NCBI RefSeq assembly: GCF_009914755.1
Contig: NC_060937.1
Length of the DNA: 64,000 nt
Source of the DNA: the human T2T-CHM13v2.0 reference genome, Homo sapiens
Direction: 5' to 3' (one strand)
The notes beneath the pieces were generated by a model, which saw only the letters and a list, made by a program, of their open reading frames with translations, was not told where the DNA came from and made no database searches. The translations under genes and the position numbers were made by a program. Within the stretch, counting starts at the first letter, position 1. Each line of letters begins with the position of its first letter. Shown here one piece after another: positions 16,401 to 31,400 of the stretch.

Positions 16401-17948
16401 CTATACTGTACAAAAAATATCAAAGTACCCAAAGCATGTATTATATACTGTACATAAAATATGAAAGTACATCAAATATATATTTTATTCTGTACATAAA
16501 ATATCAAAGTACACCAGATATATATTCTATAGTGTACATAAAATATCAACGTACCCAAACTATTTATTATATACTGTACATAAAATATGAAATTACATCA
16601 AATATATATTATATTAGGTACATAAAATATGAAAGTACATCAAATATAGATTATATGCTGTACATTAAATACCAAAGTACCCCAAATATATATTTTATAC
16701 TGTACATGAAATATCAAAGTTCACAAACTATATATTATATACTGTACATAAAATATCAAAGTACCCAAGGTATATATTCTATACTGTACCTAAAATATCA
16801 AAGTACCCAAAGCACGTATTATATACTGTACATAAAATATGAAAGTACATCAAATATATATTTTATTCTGTACATAAAATATCAAAGTACACCAGATATA
16901 TATTCTATAGTGTACATAAAATATCAATGTACCCAAACTATACATTATATGCTATACATAAAATATGAGATTACATCAAATATATATTATATTAGGTACA
17001 TAAAATATGAAAGCACATCAAATATAGATTATATACTGTACATAAAATATCAAAGTACCCCAAATATATATTATATACTCTACATGAAATATCAAAGTTC
17101 ACAAACTATATATTATATACTGTACAAAAAATATCAAAGTACCCAAAGCATGTATTATATACTGTACATAAAATATGAAAGTACATCAAATATATATTTA
17201 ATTCTGTACATAAAATATCAAAGTACACCAGATATATATTCTATAGTGTACATAAAATAACAAAGTACACAAACCATAAATTGTATACTGTACATAAAAT
17301 ATGACATTACATCAAATATATATTAGGTACCTAAAATATGAAAGTACATCAAATATATATTTTATTCTGTACATAAAATATCAAAGTACACCAGATATAT
17401 ATTCTATAGTGTACATAAAATATCAAAGTACCCAAACTATACATTATATACTGTAAATAAAATATGAAATTACATCAAATATATACTAGGTACATAAAAT
17501 ATGAAAGGACATCAAATATAGATTATATACTGTACATAAAATATCAAAGTACCCCAAATATATATTATATACTGTATATGAAATATCAAAGTTCACAAAC
17601 TATATATTATATACTGTACATAAAATATCAAAGTACCCAAGGTATATATTCTATACTGTACAAAAAATATCAAAGTACCCAAAGCATGTATTATATACTG
17701 TACATAAAATATGAAAGTACATCAAATATATATTTTATTCTGTACATAAAATATCAAAGTACACCAGATATATATTCTATAGTGTACATAAAATAACAAA
17801 GTACACAAACTATAAATTATATACTGTACATAAAATATGAAATTACATCAAATATACATTAGGTACATAAAATATGAAAGTACATCAAATATAGATTATA
17901 TACTGTACATAAAATATCAATGTACCCCAAATATATATTTTATACTCT

Positions 17949-18326
17949 ACATGAAATATCAAAGTTCACAAACTATATATTATATACTGTACATAAAATA
18001 TCAAAGTACCCAAGGTATATATTCTATACTGTACAAAAAATATCAAAGTACCCAAAGCATGTATTATATACTGTACATAAAATATGAAAGTACATCAAAT
18101 ATATATTTTATTCTGTACATAAAATATCAAAGTACACCAGATATATATTCTATAGTGTACATAAAATATCAAAGTACCCAAACTATACATTATATACTGT
18201 ACATAAAATACGAAATTACATCAAATATATATTATATTAGGTACATAAAATATGAAAGTACATCAAATATAGATTATATACTGTACATTAAAAACCAAAG
18301 TACCCCAAATATATATTTTATACTGT
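17949..18326 (+). repeat. Representative full-length 378-bp 9-mer HOR unit (m1-m9)
   Basis: Monomer starts counted at 17949, 17991, 18033, 18075, 18117, 18159, 18201, 18243 and 18285; the next m1 starts at 18327, giving exactly 9 x 42 bp. Confidence 0.95.
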
Positions 18327-19665
18327 ACATGAAATATCAAAGTTCACAAACTATATATTATATACTGTACATAAAATATCAAAGTACCCAAGGTATATAT
18401 TCTATACTGTACAAAAAATATCAAAGTACCAAAAGCATGTATTATATACTGTACCTAAAATATGAAAGTACATCAAATATATATTTTATTCTGTACATAA
18501 AATATCAAAGTACACCAGATATATATTCTATAGTGTACATAAAATATCAAAGTACCCAAACTATACATTATATACTGTACATAAAATATGAAATTACATC
18601 AAATACATTTTATATTAGGTACATAAAATATGAAAGTACATCAAATATAGATTAAATACTGTACATAAAATACCAAAGTACCCCAAATATATAATTTATA
18701 CTGTACATGAAATATGAAAGTTCACAAACTATATATTATATACTGTACATAAAATATCAAAGTACCCAAGGTATATATTCTATACTGTACAAAAAATATC
18801 AAAGTACCCAAAGCATGTATTATATACAGTACATAAAATATGAAAGTACATCAAATATACCTTTTATTCTGTACATAAAATAACAAAGTACACCAGATAT
18901 ATATTCTATAGTGTACATAAAATAACAAAGTACAAAAACTATAAATTATATACTGTACATAAAATATGAAATTACATCAAATACATATTAGGTACATAAA
19001 ATATGAAAGTACATCAAATATAGATTATATACTGTACATAAAATATCAATGTACCCCAAATATATATTTTATACTCTACATGAAATATCAAAGTTCACAA
19101 ACCATATATTATATACTGTACATAAAATATCAAAGTACCCAAGGTATATATTCTATACTGTACAAAAAATACCAAAGTACCCAAAGCATGTATTATATAC
19201 TGTACATAAAACATGAAAGTACATCAAATATATATTTTATTCTGTACATGAAATATCAAAGTACCCAAAACATGTATTATATACTGTACATAAAATATGA
19301 AAGTACATCAAATATATATTTTATTCTGTACATGAAATATCGAAGTATACCAGATATATATTCTATAGTGTACATAAAATATCAAAGTACCCAAACTATA
19401 CATTATATACTGTACATAAAATATGAAATTACATCAAATATATATTATATTAGGTACATAAAATATGAAAGTAAATGAAATATAGATTATATACTGTACA
19501 TAAAATATCAAGGTACCGCAAATATATATTATATACTCTACATGAAATATCAAAGTTCTCAAACTATATATTATATACTGTACATAAAGTATTAAAGTAC
19601 CCAAGGTATATATTCTATACTGTACAAAAAATAACAAAGTACCTAAAACATGTATAATATACTGT

Positions 19666-20337
19666 ACATAAAATATGAAAGTACATCAAATATATATTTT
19701 TTTCTGTACATAAAATATCAAAGTACACCCGATATATATTCTATAGTGTACATAAAATATCAAAGTACCCAAACTATACATTATATACTGTAAATAAAAT
19801 ATGAAATTACATCAAATATATTTTATATTAGGTACATAAAATATGAAAGTACATCAAATATATATTTTATTCTGTACATAAAATATCAAAGTACACCAGA
19901 TATATATTCTATAGTGTACATAAAATATCAAAGTACCCAAACTATACATTATATACTGTAAATAAAATAGGAAATTACATCAAATATATTTTATATTAGG
20001 TACATAAAATATGAAAGTACATCAAATATATATTTTATTCTGTGCATAAAATATCAAAGTACACCAGATATATATTCTATACTGTACATAAAATATCAAA
20101 GTACCCAAACTATACATTATATACTGTAAATAAAATAGGAAATTACATCAAATATATTTTATATTAGGTACATAAAATATGAAAGTACATCAAATATATA
20201 TTTTATTCTGTACATAAAATATCAAAGTACACCAGATATATATTCTATAGTGTACATAAAATATCAAAGTACCCAAACTATACATTATATACTGTACATA
20301 AAATATGAAATTACATCAAATATATTTTATATTAGGT
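19666..20337 (+). repeat. Tandem 168-bp 4-mer sub-array (m4-m5-m6-m7) x4
   Basis: AGGTAC (end of m7) at 19830, 19998, 20166 and 20334, spaced 168 bp; m7 is followed directly by m4. A 2-copy version lies at 20926-21261. Confidence 0.92.
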
Positions 20338-21299
20338 ACATAAAATATGAAAGTACATCAAATATAGATTATATACTGTACATTAAATACCAAAGTACCC
20401 CAAATATATATTTTATACTGTACATGAAATATCAAAGTTCACAAACTATATATTATATACTGTACATATAATATCAAAGTACCCAAGGTATATATTCTAT
20501 ACTGTACAAAAAATAACAAAGTACCAAAAGCATGTATTATATACTGTACCTAAAATATGAAAGTACATCAAATATATATTTTATTCTGTACATAAAATAT
20601 CAAAGTACACCAGATATATATTCTATAGTGTACATAAAATATCAAAGTACCCAAACTATACATTATATACTGTGCATAAAATATGAAATTACATCAAATA
20701 TATATTATATTAGGTACATAAAATATGAAAGTACATGAAATATAGATTATATACTGTACATAAAATAGCAAGGTACCCCAAATATATATTATATACTGTA
20801 CATGAAATATCAAAGTTCACAAACTATATATTATATACTGTACATAAAATATCAAAGTACCCAAGATATATATTCTATACTGTACAAAAAATAACAAAGT
20901 ACCAAAAGCATGTATAATATACTGTACATAAAATATGAAAGTACATCAAATATATATTTTATTCTGTACATAAAATATCAAAGTAAACCAGATATATATT
21001 CTATAGTGTACATAAAATATCAAAGTACCCAAACTATACATTATATACTGTAAATAAAATAGGAAATTACATCAAATATATTTTATATTAGGTACATAAA
21101 ATATGAAAGTACATCAAATATATATTTTATTCTGTACATAAAATATCAAAGTACACCAGATATATATTCTATAGTGTACATAAAATATCAAAGTACCCAA
21201 ACTATACATTATATACTGTACATAAAATATGAAATTACATCAAATATATATTATATTAGGTACATAAAATATGAAAGTACATCAAATATAGATTATATA

Positions 21300-24200
21300 C
21301 TGTACATAAAATATGAAGGTACCCCAAATATATATTATATACTCTACATGAAATATCAAACTTCACAAACTATATATTATATACTGTACATAAAATATCA
21401 AAGTACCCAAGGTATATATTCTATACTGTGCCAAAAATAACAAATTACCAAAAGCATGTATAATATACTGTACATAAAATATGAAAGTACATCAAATATA
21501 TATTTTATTCTGTACATAAAATATCAAAGTACACCAATATATATTCTATACTGTACATAAAATATCAAAGTACCCAAACTATACATTACATACTGTATAT
21601 AAAATATGAAATTACATCAAATATATATTATATTAGGTACATAAAATATGAAAGTACATCAAATACAGATTATATACTGTACATAAAATATCAAAGTACC
21701 CAAATATATATTATATACTGTACATGAAATATCAAAGTTCACAAACTATATATTATATACTGTACATAAAATATCAATGTACCCAAGGTATATATTCTAT
21801 ACTGTACAAAAAATTTCAAAGTACCCAAAGCATGTATTATATACTGTACATAAAATATGAAAGTACATCAAATATATATTTTATTCTGTACATAAGATAT
21901 CAAAGTACACCAAATATATATTCTATACTGTACATAAAATATAAAAGTACCCAAACTATACATTATATACTGTATATAAAATATGAAATTATATCACATA
22001 TATATTATATTAGGTACATAAAATATGAAAGTACATCAAATATAGATTATATACTGTACATAAAATATCAAAGTACCCAAATATATTATATACTGTACAT
22101 GAAATATCAAAGTTCAAAAACTATATATTATATACTGTACATAAAATATCAAAGTACCCAAGGTATATATTCTATACTGTACAAAAAATATCAAAGTACC
22201 CAAAGCATGTATTACATACTGTACATAAAATATGAAATTACATCAAATATATATTATATTAGGAACATAAAATATGAAAGTACATCAAATATAGATTATT
22301 AACTATATATAAAATATCAAAGAACCCCAAATATATATTATATACTGTACATGAGATATCAAACTTCACAATCTACATATTATATACTGTACATAAAATA
22401 TCAAAGCACCCAAGGTATATATTCTATACTGTACAAAAAATATCAAAGTACCCAAAGCATGTATTATATACTGTACATAAAAGATAAAAGTACATCAAAT
22501 ATATATTTTATTCTGTACATAAAATATCAAAGTACACCAGATATATATTTTATAGTGTACATAAAATATCAAAGTACCCAAACTATACAGTATATACTGT
22601 ACATAAAATATGAAATTACATCAAATATATATTATATTAGGTACATAAAATATGAAAGTACATCAAATATAGATTATATACTGTTCACAAAATATAAAAG
22701 TACCCCAAATATATATTATATACTGTACAAGAAATATCAAAATACACAAACTATATATTATATACTGTAGAAAAAATATCAAATTACCCAAAGCAAGTAT
22801 TATTTACTGTACATAAAAATGAATGTACATCAAATATATATTTTATTCTGTACATAAAATATCAAAGTTCTCCAGATATATAATTTATAGTGTACATAAA
22901 ACATCAAGGTACACAAACTATACATTATATACTGTACATAAAATATGAAATTACATCAAATATGTATTATATTGGGTACATAAAATAGGAAAGTACATCA
23001 AATTTAAATTATTAATTGTACATAAAATATCAAAGAACCCCAAATATATATTATATACTGTACATGAAATATCAAAGTTCACAAACTATATATTATATAC
23101 TGTACATAAAATATCAAGGTACCCAAGGTATATATTCTATACTGTACAAAAAATATCAAAGTACCCAAAGCATGTATTATATACTGTACATAAAATATGA
23201 AAGTACATCAAATATATATTTGATTCTGTACATAAAATAACAAAGTATACCAGATATATATATTATAGTGAACATATAATATCAAAGTACCCAAACTATA
23301 CATTACATACTGTACATAAAATATGAAATTACATCAAATATATATTATATTAGGAACATAAAATATGAAAGTACATCAAATATAGATTATTAACTGTACG
23401 TAAAATATCAAAGAACCCCAAATATATATTATATGCTGTACATGAGATATCAAACTTCACAAACTATATATTATATACTGTAGATAAAATATCAAAGTAC
23501 CCAAGGTATATATTCTATACTGTAAAAAAATATCAAAGTACCCAAAGCATGTATTATAAACTGTATATAAAATATGAAAGTACATCAAATATATATTTTA
23601 TTCTGTACATAAAATATCAAAGTACACCAGATATATATTTTATAGTGTACATAAAATATCAAAGTACCCAAACTATACATTACATACTGTAGATAAAATA
23701 TGAAATTACATCAAATATATATTATATTAGGAACATAATATATGAAAGTACATCAAATATAGATTATTAACTGTACGTAAAATATCAAAGAACCCCAAAT
23801 ATACATTATATACTGTACATGACATATCAAACTTCACAAACTATATATTATATAATGTACATAAAATATAAAAGTACCCAAGGTATATATTCTCTACTGT
23901 ACAAAAAATATCAAAGTACCCAAAGCATGTATTATATACTGTACATAAAATATGAAAGTACATCAAATATATGTTTTATTCTGTACATAAAATATCAAAG
24001 TACACCAGATATATATTTTATAGTGTACATAAAATATCAAAATACCCAAAATATACATTATAAACTGTACATATAATATGAAATTACATCTAATATATAT
24101 TATATTAGTTACCTAAAATATGAAAGTACATCAAATATAGATTATTAACTGTACATAAAATATCAAAGAAACCCAAATATATATTATATACTGTACATGA

Positions 24201-25400
24201 AATATCAAAGTTCACAAACTATATATTATATACTGTAGATAAAATATCAAAGTACCCAAGGTATATATTCTACACTGTACAAAAAATATCAAAGTACCCA
24301 AAGCATGTATTATATACTGTACATAAAATATGAAAGTACATCAAATATATATTTTATACTGTATATAAAATATCAAAGTACACCAGATATATATTTTATA
24401 GTGTACATAAAATATCAAAGTACCCAAACTATACATTATATACTGTACATAAAATATGAAATTACATCAAATATATATTATATTAGGTACATAAAATATG
24501 GAAGTACATAAAATATAGATGATATACTGTACATAAAATATCAAAGTAGCCTAAATATATATTATACAGTGTACATGAAATATCAAAATTTATAAAATAT
24601 ATATTACATAATGTACATAAAATATCAAAATACCCAAAGTAAGTATTATATACTGTACATAAAAGATGAAAGTACATCAAATATATATTTTATTCTGTAC
24701 ATAAAATATCAAAGTACACCAGATATATATTTTATAGTGTACATAAAATATCAAGGTACCCAAACTATACATTATATACTGTACATAAAATATGAAATTA
24801 CATCAAATATATATTATATTAGGTACGTAAAATATGAAAGTACATCAAATATAGATTATATACTGTACATAAAATATAAAAGAACCCCAAATATATATTA
24901 TATACTGTTCATGAAATATCAAAATACACAAACTATATATTATATACTGTACATAAAATATCAAAGTACCCAAGGTATATATTCTATACTGTACAAAAAA
25001 TATCAAAGTACCCAAAGCATGTATTATATACTGTACATAAAATATGAAAGTACATCAAATATATATTTGATTCTGTACATAAAATAACAAAGTACACCAG
25101 ATATATATTTTATAGTGTACATAAAATATCAAAGTACCCAAACTATACATTACACACTGTACATAAAATATGAAATTACATCAAATATATATTATATTAG
25201 TTACCTAAAATATGAAAGTACATCAAATATAGATTATTAACTGTATATAAAATATCAAAGAACCCCAAATATATATTATATACGGTACATGAAATATCAA
25301 ACTTCACAAACTATATATTATATACTGTACATAAAATATCAAAGTACCCAAGGTATATATTCTATACTGTACAAAAAATATCTAAGTACCCAAAGCATGT
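21300..25400 (+). repeat. HOR subfamily domain type II (short island)
   Basis: Markers AGATTATTAACT (m8), AAAGAACCCC (m9), AGGAACATA (m7/m8), m5 ending TATTTTATAGTGT, GAGATATCAAACTTC (m1), and 8-mer HORs. No 5-bp m7 deletion seen here. Confidence 0.8.
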
Positions 25401-28400
25401 ATCATATACTGTACATAAAATATGAAAGTACATCAAATATATATTTTATTCTGTGCATGAAATGTCAAAGTACACCAGATATATATTCTATAGTGTTGAT
25501 AAAATAACAAAGTACACAAACTATAAATTATATACTGTACATAAAATATGAAATTACATCAAATATATATTAGGTACATAAAATATGAAAGTACATCAAA
25601 TATAGATTATATACTGTACATATAATATCAATGTACCCCAAATATATATTTTATACTCTACATGAAATATCAAACTTCACAAACCATACATTATATACTG
25701 TACATAAAATATCAAAGTACCCAAGGTATATATTCTATACTGTACAAAAAATATCAAAGTACCCAAAGCATGTATTATATACTGTACATAAAATATGAAA
25801 GTACATCAAATATATATTTTATTCTGTACATAAAATATCAAAGTACACCAGATATATATTCTATAGTGTACATAAAATAACAAAGTACACAAACTATACA
25901 TTATATACTATACATAAAATATGAAATTACATCAAATATATATTATATTAGGTACATAAAATATGAAAGCACATCAAATATAGATTATATACTGTACATT
26001 AAATACCAAAGTACCCCAAATATATATTTTATACTGTACATCAAATATCAAAGTTCACAAACTATATATTATATACTGTACATAAAATATCAAAGTACCC
26101 AAGGTATATATTCTATACTGTACAAAAAATATCAAAGTACCCAAAGCATGTATTATATATTGTACATAAAATATGAAAATACATCAAATATATATTTTAT
26201 TCTGTACATAAAACATCAAAGTACACCAGATATATATTCTATAGTGTACATAAAATATCAAAGTACCCAAACTATACATTATATACTGTACATAAAATAT
26301 GAAATTACATCAAATATATATTATATTAGGTACATAAAATATGAAAGTACATCAAATATAGATTATATACTGTACATAAAATATCAAAGTACCCCAAATA
26401 TATATTATATACTCTACATGAAATATCAAAGTTCACAAACTATATATTATATACTGTACATAAAATATCAAAGTACCCAAGGTATATATTCTATACTGTA
26501 CAAAAAATATCAAAGTATCCAAAGCATGTATTATATACTGTATATATAATATGAAAGTAAATTAAATATATATTTTATTCTGTACATAAAATATCAAAGT
26601 ACACCAGATATATATTCTATAGTGTACATAAAATAACAAAGTACACAAACTATAAATTATATACTGTACATAAAATATGAAATTACATCAAATATATATT
26701 AGGTACATAAAATATGAAAGTACATCAAATATAGATTATATACTGTACATATAATATCAATGTACCCCAAATATATATTTTACACTCTACATGAAATATC
26801 AAAGTTCACAAACCATATATTATATACTGTACATAAAATATCAAAGTACCCAAGGTATATGTTCTATACTATACAAAAAATATCAAAGTACCCAAAGCAT
26901 GTATTATATACTGTACATAAAATATGAAAGTACATCAAATATATATTTTATTCTGTACATAATATATCAAAGTACACCAGATATATATTCTATAGTGTAC
27001 ATAAAATATCAAAGTACCCAAACTATACATTATATACTGTACATAAAATATGAGATTACATCAAATATATATTATATTAGGTACATAAAATATGAAAGTA
27101 CATCAGATATAGATTATATACTGTACATAAAATATCAAAGTACCCCAAATATATATTATATACTCTACATGAAATATCAAAGTTCACAAACTATATATTA
27201 TATACTGTACATAAAATATCAAAGTACCCAAGGTATATATTCTATACTGTACAAAAAACATCAAAGTACCCAAAGCATGCATTATATACTGTACATAAAA
27301 TATGAAAGTACATCAAATATATATTTTATTCTGTACATAAAATATCAAAGTACACCAGATATATATTCTATAGTGTACATAAAATAACAAAGTACAAAAC
27401 TATACATTATATACTGTACATAAAATATGAAATTACATCAAATATATTTTATATTAGGTACATAAAATATGAAAGTACTTCAAATATAGATTATATACTG
27501 TACATAAAATATCAAAGTACCCCAAATATAGATTATATACTCTACATGAAATATCAAAGTTCACAAACTATATATTATATACTGTACATAAAATATCAAA
27601 GTACCCAAGGTATATATTCTATACTGTACAAAAAATATCAAAGTACCCAAAGCATGTATTATATACTGTATACAAAATATGAAAATACATTAAATATATA
27701 TTTTATTCTGTACATAAAATATCAAAGTACACCAGATATGTATTCTATAGTGTACATAAAATAACAAAGTACACAAACTATAAATTATATACTGTACGTA
27801 AAATATGAAATTACATCAAATATATATTAGGTACATAAAATATGAAAGTACATCAAATATAGATTATATACTGTACATATAATATCAATGTACCCCAAAT
27901 ATATATTTTATACTCTACATGAAATATCAAAGTTCACAAACCATACATTATATACTGTACATAAAATATCAAAGTACCCAAGGTATATATTCTATACTGT
28001 ACGAAAAATATCAAAGTACCCAAAGCATGTATTATATACTGCACATAAAATATGAAAGTTCATCAAATATATATTTTATTCTGTACATAAAATATCAAAG
28101 TACACCAGATATATATTCTATAGTGTACATAAAATATCAAAGTACCCAAACTATACATTATATACTGTACATAAAATATGAAATTACATCAAATATATAT
28201 TAGGTACATAAAATATGAAAGTATATCAAATATAGATTATATACTGTACATAAAATATCAATGTACCCCAAATATGTATTTTATACTCGACATGAAATAT
28301 CAAAGTTCACAAACCATATATTATTTACTGTACATAAAATATCAAAGTACCCAAGGTGTATATTCTATACTGTACAAAAAATATCAAAGTACCCAAAGCA

Positions 28401-31400
28401 TGTATTATATACTGTACATAAAATATGAAACTACATCAAATATATTTTTTATTCTGTATATAAAATATCAAAGTACACCAGATATATATTCTATAGTGTA
28501 CATAAAATATCAAAGTACCCAAGCTGTACATTATATACTGTACATAAAATATGAAATTACATCAAATATATATTATATTAGGTACATAAAATATGAAAGT
28601 ACATCAAATATAGATTATATACTGTAAATTAAATACCAAAGTACCCCAAATATATATTTTATACTGTACATGAAATATCAAAGTTCACAAACTATATATT
28701 ATATACTGTACATAAAATATCAAAGTACCCAAGGTATATATTCTGTACTGCACAAAAAATATCAAACTACCCAAAGCATGTATTATATACTGTATATAAA
28801 ATATGAAATTACATCAAATATATATTTTATTCTGTACATAAAATATCAAAGTACACCAGATATATATTCTATAGTGTACATAAAATATCAAAGTACCCAA
28901 ACTACACATTATATACTGTAAATAAAATATGAAATGACATCAAATATATATTATATTAGGTACATAAAATATGAAAGTACATCAAATATAGATTATATAC
29001 TGTACATATAATATTAAAGTACCCCAAATATATATTTTGTACTCTACATGGAATATCAAAGTTCACAAACCATATATTATATACTGTACATAAAATATCA
29101 AAGTACCCAAGGTATATATTCTATACTGTACAAAAAATATCAAAGTACCGAAAGCATGTATTATATACTGTACATAAAATATGAAAGTACATCAAATATA
29201 TATTTTATTCTGTACATAAAATATCAAAGTACACCAGATATATATTCTATAGTGTACATAAAATATCAAAGTACCCAAACTATACATTATATACTGTACA
29301 TAAAATATGAAATTACATCAAATATATATTATATTAGGTACATAAAATATGAAAGTACATCAAATATAGATTATATACTGTATAATAAAAATACCAAAGT
29401 ACCCCAAATATATATTTTATACTGTACATGAAATATCAAAGTTCACAAACTATATATTATATACTGCACATAAAATATCAAAGTACCCAACGTATATATT
29501 CTATACTGTACAAAAAATATCAAAGTACCCAAAGCATGTATTATATACTGTACATAAAATATGAAAGTACAACAAATATATATTTTATTCCATACATAAA
29601 ATATCAAAGTACACCAGATATATGTTCTATAGCGTACATAAAATATCAAAGTACACAAACTATACATTATATACTGTACATAAAATATGAAATTACATCA
29701 AATATATATTATATTAGGTACATAAAATATGAAAGTACATCAAATAGAGATTATATACTGTACATTAAATACGAAAGTACCCCAAATATATATTATATAC
29801 TCTACATGAAATATCAAAGTTCACAAACTATATATTATATACTGTACATAAAATATCAAAGTACCCAAGGTATATATTCTGTACTGTACAAAAAATATCA
29901 AAGTACCCAAAGCATGTATTATATACTGTATATAAAATATGAAAGTACATCAAATATATATTTTATTCTGTACATAAAATATCAAAGTACACCAGATATA
30001 TATTCTATAGTGTACATAAAATAACAAAGTACAAAAACTATAAATTATATACTGTACATAAAATATGAAATTACATCAAATACATATTTGGTACATAAAA
30101 TATGAAAGTACATCAAATATAGATTATATACTGTACATAAAATATCAATGTAACCCAAATATATATTTTATACTCTACATGAAATATCAAAGTTCACAAA
30201 CCATATATTATATACTGTACATAAAATATCAAAGTACCCAAGGTATATATTCTATACTGTACAAAATATATCAAAGTACCCAAAGCATGTATTATATACT
30301 GTACATAAAATATGAAAGTACATCAAATATATATTTTATTCTGTACATAAAATATCAACGTACACCAGATATATATTCTATAGTGTACATAAAATATCAA
30401 AGTACCCAAACTATACATTATATACTGTACATAAAATATGAAATTACATCAAATATATTTTATATTAGGTACATAAAATATGAAAGTACATCAAATATAG
30501 ATTATATACTGTACATAAAATATCAAAGTACCCCAAATACATATTATATACTGTATATGAAATATCAAAGTTCACAAACTATATATTATATACTGTATAT
30601 AAAATATCAAAGTACCCAAGGTATATATTCTATACTGTACAAAAAATATCAAAGTACCCAAAGCATGTATTATATACTGTACATAAAATATGAAAGTACA
30701 TCAAATATATATTTAATTCTGTACATAAAATATCAAAGTACACCAGATATATATTCTATAGTGTACATAAAATATCAAAGTACCCAAACTATACATTATA
30801 TACTGTACATAAAATATGAAATTACATCAAATATATATTATATTAAGTACATAAAATATGAAAGTACATCAAATATAGATTATATACTGTACATTAAATA
30901 CCAAAGTACCCCAAATATATATTTTATACTGTACATGAAATATCAAAGTTCACAAACTATATATTATATACTGTACATAAATTATCAAAGTACCCAAGGT
31001 ATATATTCTATACTGTACAAAAAATAACAAAGTACCAAAATCATGTATTATATACTGTACCTAAAATATGAAAGTACATCAAATATATATTTTATTCTGT
31101 ACATAAAATATCAAAGTACACCAGATATATATTCTATAGTGTACATAAAATATCAAAGTACCCAAACTATACATTATATACTGTACATAAAATATGAAAT
31201 TACATCAAATATATATTATATTAGGTACATAAAATATGAAAGTACATCAAATATAGATTATATACTCTACATAAAATATCAAAGTACCCCAAATATATAT
31301 TATATACTCTACAGGAAATATCAAAGTTCACACACTATATATTTTATACTGTACATAAAATATCAAAGTACCCAAGGTATATATTCTATACTGTACAAAA

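Larger units (their letters stand above)
1..21300 (+). repeat. HOR subfamily domain type I (first block): mixed 378/373-bp HORs
   Basis: Frequent 5-bp deletion in m7 (AAATATATATTAGGTAC instead of AAATATATATTATATTAGGTAC; ORF starts 278 and 651 are 373 apart). m5 ends TATTCTATAGTGT; m9 variants ACATTAAATACCAAAG and TCAATGTACC. Confidence 0.8.
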
